From: Welwitschia mirabilis
Taxonomy: Eukaryota
DNA: 43,120 nucleotides
NCBI GenBank assembly: GCA_051453625.1
Contig: JBOZIK010000001.1
Location: 38,510,545-38,553,664 of the forward strand
Reading direction: 5' to 3'
Shown here: positions 36,401 through 43,120 of the stretch, piece after piece
How positions within the stretch are numbered: the stretch's first letter is position 1
Layout of the letters: the number at the start of each line of letters is the position of its first letter
The notes under the pieces: generated by a model
Database searches by the model: none
What the model saw: only the letters and a program-made list of their open reading frames with translations
What the model was told of the DNA's origin: nothing
Position numbers and translations under genes: made by a program

Positions 36401-38700
36401 TTCCATAAAATCTAAGGACAAAATAATGATTTCACTTAGTTGAATTCTTGAAGTTAATTTATGAATAAATGACATAATGATCTAATAGCAAGCAATCATT
36501 ATGGAACCTAATTGAAGAATCATAATTCTAGAAAGAGACAAAAGTAAAATAAAATTTACCAAGGTATTAAATAATATAATCAAATATTAATCGAACATTT
36601 AACTAAGTAAAGAAAACTCATTGAATGGAAGACTGATATTATTAAAGAAAAATACTAAGAAAAACTTATTTGTGTAAAGGATTAGCAATTTTGTTTTTAA
36701 GTAATTAATATGAAAAAAAAGGAGTCTCCAATCTTATCATATAAATTATCCATCATATTAAAATATGCACTAAAGATCTTAGTAAGAGTTAAAAGAAATT
36801 AAGTTAATTCAAATTTTGAAGGCAACTCTTTTAGAAGATTTATTTGGAGTATAAATTAAGATAACCTAAAAAACTCCATAAGGGAAATTGAAAAAAAAAA
36901 AAAGAACCTATATTTATTGATTTTTAAAATTAGGATCATTTTAAATTACTTTAAAATGCCAATGTAAGTTTGTTACAAATGTAAGACTATTTTTAGTAAG
37001 TAAGTTTTTTAATAAAATTAATTTATTCTTTAGAGATTTGAACTTATTATAGTAATATAAATTAGAATATAGAGGATATTACTTAATTAAATCTTTATCT
37101 CTTCTTCTTCAAAAGTTATTTGTAAACTCTTAGACATGCTAAGAATATATAATCATGGACATTTGATTGAGAGAACCCTGTTTGATCAAATAATTAACTA
37201 TTAGATTTCAGTATAATCCATTTGATTTTCATAGTTTTATCCTAAAACTTGAAACTAATTAGAGGTTGGAATCCTATCCTTTAAGGCTTGTCAACAAGAG
37301 AAGTTCTTTTATTAAAAATCTTAGTTATCTTTGAAGATCCATTAGGACTAGATCATTTATATGATTCCAACATTTTGAAGTCTTATATACTTATTTAATT
37401 AGTATTTTTTTCATAGCATCATTTGAAATAGAAGCATATGCATTCTATAGAATTAGAGATTTCTTAAACAAAAAAGGTTTAACTTTTTATCTTTACTACT
37501 TAAACAAATTAAATATTTTAATTTTTTTATTGATGCTTTTGACAACCAAATGAAATATTCTAAATAAACGTAAACCTTAAACTAGAAGGAGATTTAAGTT
37601 CAATAGTATGAAATTCATTATTTAAAAGTATTATCTTATAAGAGGAAATAATGATTAAATGAATAACCACCTTTATGACAATAGTTGTAGGAATTTAAAA
37701 GATTAAAGTGAAAACCTATTATTGATGGATAATAGGACTAGTTTTAATAGATAAAAATTCCTATGTCTAATTGAAATATATATCAATAAAATACATGTTC
37801 TACTTCCAAGAAAGAAAGAAGCGTTTTAAATATTAATAATTAGTTTAATAAATTCAATAATATTAGGCTCAAATTTATTAAAAATAATAAATTAATTTGG
37901 TAACTTTATAAAACAAGAAAAACAAAAATGCTCGAGAGAATTGATATTAAAATTTAGAATAATTTAAATAAAATTACAAAAGGAAATGACTTTTTATACC
38001 ATAAACATTTTAGAGAACTTAATTAATAAAATAATTCCAATAGAAATGTTTTGGAAGTACTCTAAGGATCTAATCAATTCACCCAACTCTCCACCTTTTC
38101 TCCAATGATTTCTATATCTTAAAAACATAAACTAAATTATGAAGTCATTAAGGCTTGACATAGAGGCATAATCTCATCCACCACATGAGTGTTGATGAGT
38201 TATCGAGTCCAACTGATTCTTCATAGACCTTCGTAAGCATGAAGACTATGAACTAATGTGCATAAGATTCATAAAACTATAGAACTACAATAGGCTAGAA
38301 GCAACCTTAAATAACTCACATGATATGAAATAACTTTAAAAGTGAGTAAGATTCACCTAAAGATTGCTAATACCTATTTCTATGCATTAACAATGAAGGA
38401 ATTAAACTACTAAAGAACTAGTCCTATCTAAATATTGCTAATGCCAAATAAAATATTCAATAATAATGAAAGGATTCAAATCAATTTTTATATTAAAATT
38501 CTAAAATAAATATATACTATATTAAATGAAAAAGGGTAAATAATAAAGACTATTCAACTAGCCTTGAACATTTTTCCACTAAGAAAGGTGATCAAAGCAT
38601 CATGATTTCCTATGCTCCAAGTCTTCCCCATGTTAATCTGACAAAAAGATGTTTACAATGGATGCTCAAGGCTCTTTTATAAATGAGAAAAGATTTGTAG
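33410..38700 (-). mobile_element. L1-clade LINE, 5' part (RT clear; endonuclease and ORF1 very decayed; right boundary approximate)
   Basis: Minus-strand AFFKLD*VKVYNRIE*NFL (KLDxxKAYDRVEWxFL, ~34595-34650), FIIERYIKQECFLDPYLFIIVSKVL (RGVRQGCPLSPYLF, in ORF 34381-34584) and HFEDN (FADD site, ~34310-34324). Weak SDH-like and GD-like endonuclease motifs at ~36480-36730. Confidence 0.7.
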
Positions 38701-39119
38701 GAGTTTCATCATGATTACATTAGATGAGGTTGGTGGATGGTTACATAAGGGGAGTTACTTAAGGGAAGTTACATAAAGGAACTTACAATATTTAGCATGT
38801 AGTCACAATAAGAGATTCTTTGTCTTCTTATGCAAACATAGTGATAACATCTCCTTTAACCACTGAAGATGCTGCTAATGGATTTCATATCATATTTCTT
38901 CCATGATCATCCTTTTTGCACCAGATGTCACTATGATGTATCATCTTGTACTTCCACTAGGTGTCATCAGGTTTTGAAGATTTATTCAAGATTAATTATG
39001 ATTTAATCCATAAGTGTAAGATTATTAATTTCCTAGATGGTGTACGAACATGAGTTTTAACATGTTTTAGCTTAGAATACTAGCTATGCTAGTAGTCTTG
39101 GCTAGTGGCACTGGAATTA

Positions 39120-40747
39120 TTTGTTGGCTTATCTTTAGGTTTTGTAATGTTGTCCGAAATGCAACAACAAACATCCTCATGTTAGGAGAACTTTGATAAT
39201 TTCATGAAAAATAATAAAAAGGATAGAAGAAATTAATATGTGATGAAACAATGTGTTTTAATGTTTTTGTTTATGCTAAATTGGTCAATTATACTTACTT
39301 ATAATATTAGTTTTTACATGCAAACAATTAGTGGTAGGAATAAGGATCTTATATAGACATTAATCCCTGTCAATCTATGCCATCCTTTAAGATTATTATG
39401 TAGTATTTAATTAGCATAACTGTGTAGTTCTAACCATTCAGAGAGTAATGTCTCTATTATGTGAAATGTATCGGGTTTCCTAAGATTTATATTCTCAAGC
39501 ATGCCTTAGTAATTAAGGGTGTATTAGGTGAAAATATGAGACACAGTGGTAGGATCTACTTAGATTTCATCACGAAGTTGATAGTGAGACATAAGTGTAA
39601 GAAATTTAAATTTTACTAAGGATAACTAGATTGCCAACATTACATCATAGCCTCTCATAAGGGGGATATATAGCTAAGGTAAATAAGAATAGGCAATGAT
39701 TTGAATGCTTCACTAGCATAATCCATACTTAATCTTTTTGCTTCTTTTAGAGAAAAGGGTCACATCCTTAGATAGGACATGATCACTACTTGAATTTGTA
39801 ACATAACCTAAACATAATAAAATATTTTACTTAATTACCTAATGATTTAGGTTTATTCTATTAAAATTTATCATGTTTAGATAAGAATTTATTAATAAAT
39901 ATAATTTGTTTTCTTTACACATGTGGTTATTAAGGGTTATTTTTTTATCATACTTTGTCATACTTTTATGGATTGAATAGATCATTTGACTTATGAATGT
40001 GAGTAAGATATCCTTTAAATTGAATACAACTCTCTATCATAACTCTTTTTTGGAATTGTATTGTGTCATTGTTATTTGGATAGATCATGTAAACCTATGA
40101 ATGTAAGCAAGATTCCTACTCAAACTGATGATATCATTTTTCTTTTCTCTTATCGCTTTCTTTTCTCTAGTTGATAAGTGTTATTTATGTAAAGGATAGA
40201 TCTATTATCCAATTGCAGATGTGAGCAAGATTCCCCAGAAATTGACTATACCTTATAATTTATCATTTATTCTTTAATTACTTCAACTATGACAACTTTA
40301 AAGGGTGATTTTTAGATGCTATCACACTCTTTCGCGTTGTTTTGAATAACTGAACTTATGGCTAACATTAGAGTCACATTATAAGGTGATTAGATTTGGA
40401 AAGACTAACATGAAGATTTCATATCTAGAATACATGTATAGGGTTTTGATATAGATTTTTATGAGAAGGAACATGTTCTCCTTTTACCTCCAAAAGAAGG
40501 AAATGCTTGAGATACAAATTATTAAAAAATATGTGGCTTCATAGTAAGACAGGCTACACCAACTTCATCACATCATGAGATATATTCTATTCAAAGAATG
40601 ATTTTAAGCTTATAAATCTCATCATAAGCATGAAAAAATTGCATTATAAGAAATAAAAGATATGATAGTTTATTGCATATATGATTAATACTAAGTGAAG
40701 GTTACTAAAATCGACCCATAGAATCTATTAGTTTACAATTGGTATCA
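39120..40747 (+). mobile_element. Old Ty1/copia (Angela-like) LTR followed by an initiator-Met PBS; left end uncertain
   Basis: ...GTTTACA (40737)-AT-TGGTATCA (40740-40747). Three imperfect repeats G.ATAGATC..ATGT.AG.AAGAT at ~39973, ~40077 and ~40192. Confidence 0.5.
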
Positions 40748-40871
40748 AACTAATTCCTCTGGTGTAGTGCAAATTTGTTAGATAATGTATGCAGATGAGT
40801 TTAAGTTATGCAGGTAAAAGATGTAGACCAAAATGCACAAAAGAAACTACTTAGTTATATTTACCTTTAGT

Positions 40872-41195
40872 GGGGATCGACTAGAACCTAGAGGGGTCAA
40901 CTGCACCTGAAGCAGACACAATAGAAATGAACTAAACCTAGAGGGGTCTACCGGATTATGAAGGGGTTGACCGGACCTATGATATCAAGAATCAATAGTC
41001 CCAGAACGAGAGGAATGGGGTCGATCGGATATTCATGGGGTTGACCGAATTTGAATAGCTAATAGTTAAGTCCCAGATCTAGAGGAAAGGGGTCGACTGG
41101 ATTTTCATGGGGTTGACCGGATCTGAGAAGCTAACAGTCTATAGTTCCAGACTGAGATACAAGGGGTTGACTTGACCTAGGATGGGGTCGACTGA
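40872..41195 (+). repeat. Array of 10 GGGGTCGACCGG-like motifs in 5 pairs
   Basis: Motif starts at 40872/40893, 40943/40963, 41017/41037, 41089/41109 and 41163/41184. Confidence 0.9.
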
Positions 41196-42717
41196 GTTCT
41201 TATAGGGCCGATCGGATATTTGTAGGATCAACCAAACGACATAAAAAATTAAATCTTGTAGACATTATGTATCCATTACCTAGTCATTACCTAGCTGTTT
41301 TCTAGCCATTTATAGTTGTTGGAGGCGCAATTAAGTTGTATCAAACCCTAATATCCCTCCATTATAAATACCTAAGCAAGAGATGACCTAGAGATCTCTT
41401 GGCACATTTTTAAGACTAGTATATTCACTATGGATCTGAAACATCAAGTAGCATATTTCATTAAAACATTTTTTGTACTGATTCATATCTGATTGAGAAG
41501 ATCTATTCCTGGATTAGGATGTCACTCAAAATCAGATCTAAGCACTTCATTATTGTATTCATTTGGAGAAGAACTCCATTCTATGTACTGATACTGAATA
41601 AGTAATATTAGAGCTACAAATACTTCATTGCATCACTTCTATTTATCTTCAAAGGTTGAGACTTAGCCTATAAAAGTCTGTTGTCAAAGGTTAAAACTTA
41701 GCCTATAAAAGTCCGTTGTTAAGGTTGAGACTTAGGCTATAAAAGTCCATTTATAAGGATTAATAGGTGAGCCTAATAAAACCTACGAAATAACAGAGAT
41801 CCAAGATCAAGCTTGGGAGAAGCTGATCATCGAGAGTGGAGTAGGGGAGTTCTCAAACCACTATAAATCCTNNNNNNNNNNNNNNNNNNNNNNNNNNNNN
41901 NNNNNNNNNNNNNNNNNNNNNNNNNNNNNNNNNNNNNNNNNNNNNNNNNNNNNNNNNNNNNNNNNNNNNNNNNNNNNNNNNNNNNNNNNNNNNNNNNNNN
42001 NNNNNNNNNNNNNNNNNNNNNNNNNNNNNNNNNNNNNNNNNNNNNNNNNNNNNNNNNNNNNNNNNNNNNNNNNNNNNNNNNNNNNNNNNNNNNNNNNNNN
42101 NNNNNNNNNNNNNNNNNNNNNNNNNNNNNNNNNNNNNNNNNNNNNNNNNNNNNNNNNNNNNNNNNNNNNNNNNNNNNNNNNNNNNNNNNNNNNNNNNNNN
42201 NNNNNNNNNNNNNNNNNNNNNNNNNNNNNNNNNNNNNNNNNNNNNNNNNNNNNNNNNNNNNNNNNNNNNNNNNNNNNNNNNNNNNNNNNNNNNNNNNNNN
42301 NNNNNNNNNNNNNNNNNNNNNNNNNNNNNNNNNNNNNNNNNNNNNNNNNNNNNNNNNNNNNNNNNNNNNNNNNNNNNNNNNNNNNNNNNNNNNNNNNNNN
42401 NNNNNNNNNNNNNNNNNNNNNNNNNNNNNNNNNNNNNNNNNNNNNNNNNNNNNNNNNNNNNNNNNNNNNNNNNNNNNNNNNNNNNNNNNNNNNNNNNNNN
42501 NNNNNNNNNNNNNNNNNNNNNNNNNNNNNNNNNNNNNNNNNNNNNNNNNNNNNNNNNNNNNNNNNNNNNNNNNNNNNNNNNNNNNNNNNNNNNNNNNNNN
42601 NNNNNNNNNNNNNNNNNNNNNNNNNNNNNNNNNNNNNNNNNNNNNNNNNNNNNNNNNNNNNNNNNNNNNNNNNNNNNNNNNNNNNNNNNNNNNNNNNNNN
42701 NNNNNNNNNNNNNNNTT

Positions 42718-43120
42718 CAAACCTATGAACTTAAATTTACTAAAGATAGAATAAAATGTATTGCTATGAAATGTATGCAGGAGGATTATAAATCTGACAG
42801 ATCGAATAAAGAACTTGACGATGATGAAGTGGCTCTTCTAGCCAGACATTTTAAAAGATTTCTCTATGGAAAAAAGGAAGGAGAACCAAGCAGGAATCCA
42901 AGAAAAAGTAATTCAAAACAAAAAAGAGAACAGGACAAGGGAAAGAAAATTTAGTGCTATTCATGTAAAGGATTTGGACATGTCGCCAATGAATGTCCCA
43001 ACACTAGAAGAGAAAGTAGGAAACTTAAAAACAACTCATTGATAGAAACTTGGAGTAATGAAGATGATGAAAACAAAGAAAACTACTCAGATCATGGATC
43101 AGATAGAGAAAGGAGATTAT
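42718..43120 (+). pseudogene. Sirevirus gag C-terminus with zinc knuckle, one in-frame stop
   Basis: QTYELKF..IAMK..DDDEVALLARHFKRFL..KKI*CYSCKGFGHVANECPN..IETWSNEDD. CX2CX4HX4C knuckle. TAG at 42952-42954, probably from CAG. Confidence 0.9.

Larger units (their letters stand above)
40763..43120 (+). mobile_element. Younger Sirevirus (SIRE, Ty1/copia): 5' LTR, gap, gag; runs off the window
   Basis: Starts TGTAGTGCAAATTTGTTAGATAATG. Palindromic GGGGTCGACCGG motif array. TATA TATAAATA at ~41363. U5 triple repeat AAGGTTGAGACTTAGCCTATAAAAGTC (41652-41747). SIRE motif GGAGTAGG..AACCACTATAAA. gag follows the gap. Confidence 0.85.

Noticed and set aside
40872-41750. Regularly spaced repeats as a CRISPR-like array
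   Set aside because: Eukaryotic LTR context, spacers are themselves repetitive, and there are no cas genes.

Overview
AT-rich, CpG-depleted land-plant nuclear scaffold with several N-gaps. It consists almost entirely of nested, decayed retrotransposons around one intact gene: an intronless germin-like protein (18999-19667, +) in a ~1.1 kb CpG-rich island. Its promoter carries two inverted copies of a composite TGTCGG+TGACG element. From left to right: (1) two related Athila-like (Ty3/gypsy) remnants (1-11627, +), containing a young Tat-like solo LTR (4038-5435, TSD TATTA); (2) an old Sirevirus-like 3' remnant and LTR (~11700-15153); (3) unassigned DNA; (4) the GLP gene; (5) an L1-type LINE (-) split by a 12.6 kb Athila element (20817-33404, -, TSD GCTAC/GCTAT) that has a duplicated PBS and has lost its integrase-to-U3 segment; (6) an old copia LTR+PBS interrupted by a younger Sirevirus (40763 to window end). 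The most unusual feature is a 2.57 kb TSD-flanked insertion inside the Athila pol (25258-27828). It has solo-LTR-like architecture and carries an intron-less, nucleophile-dead GH3 beta-xylosidase (BXL7-like) gene fragment. Removing it restores the host pol reading frame. All alignments were done by eye; no database searches were run.
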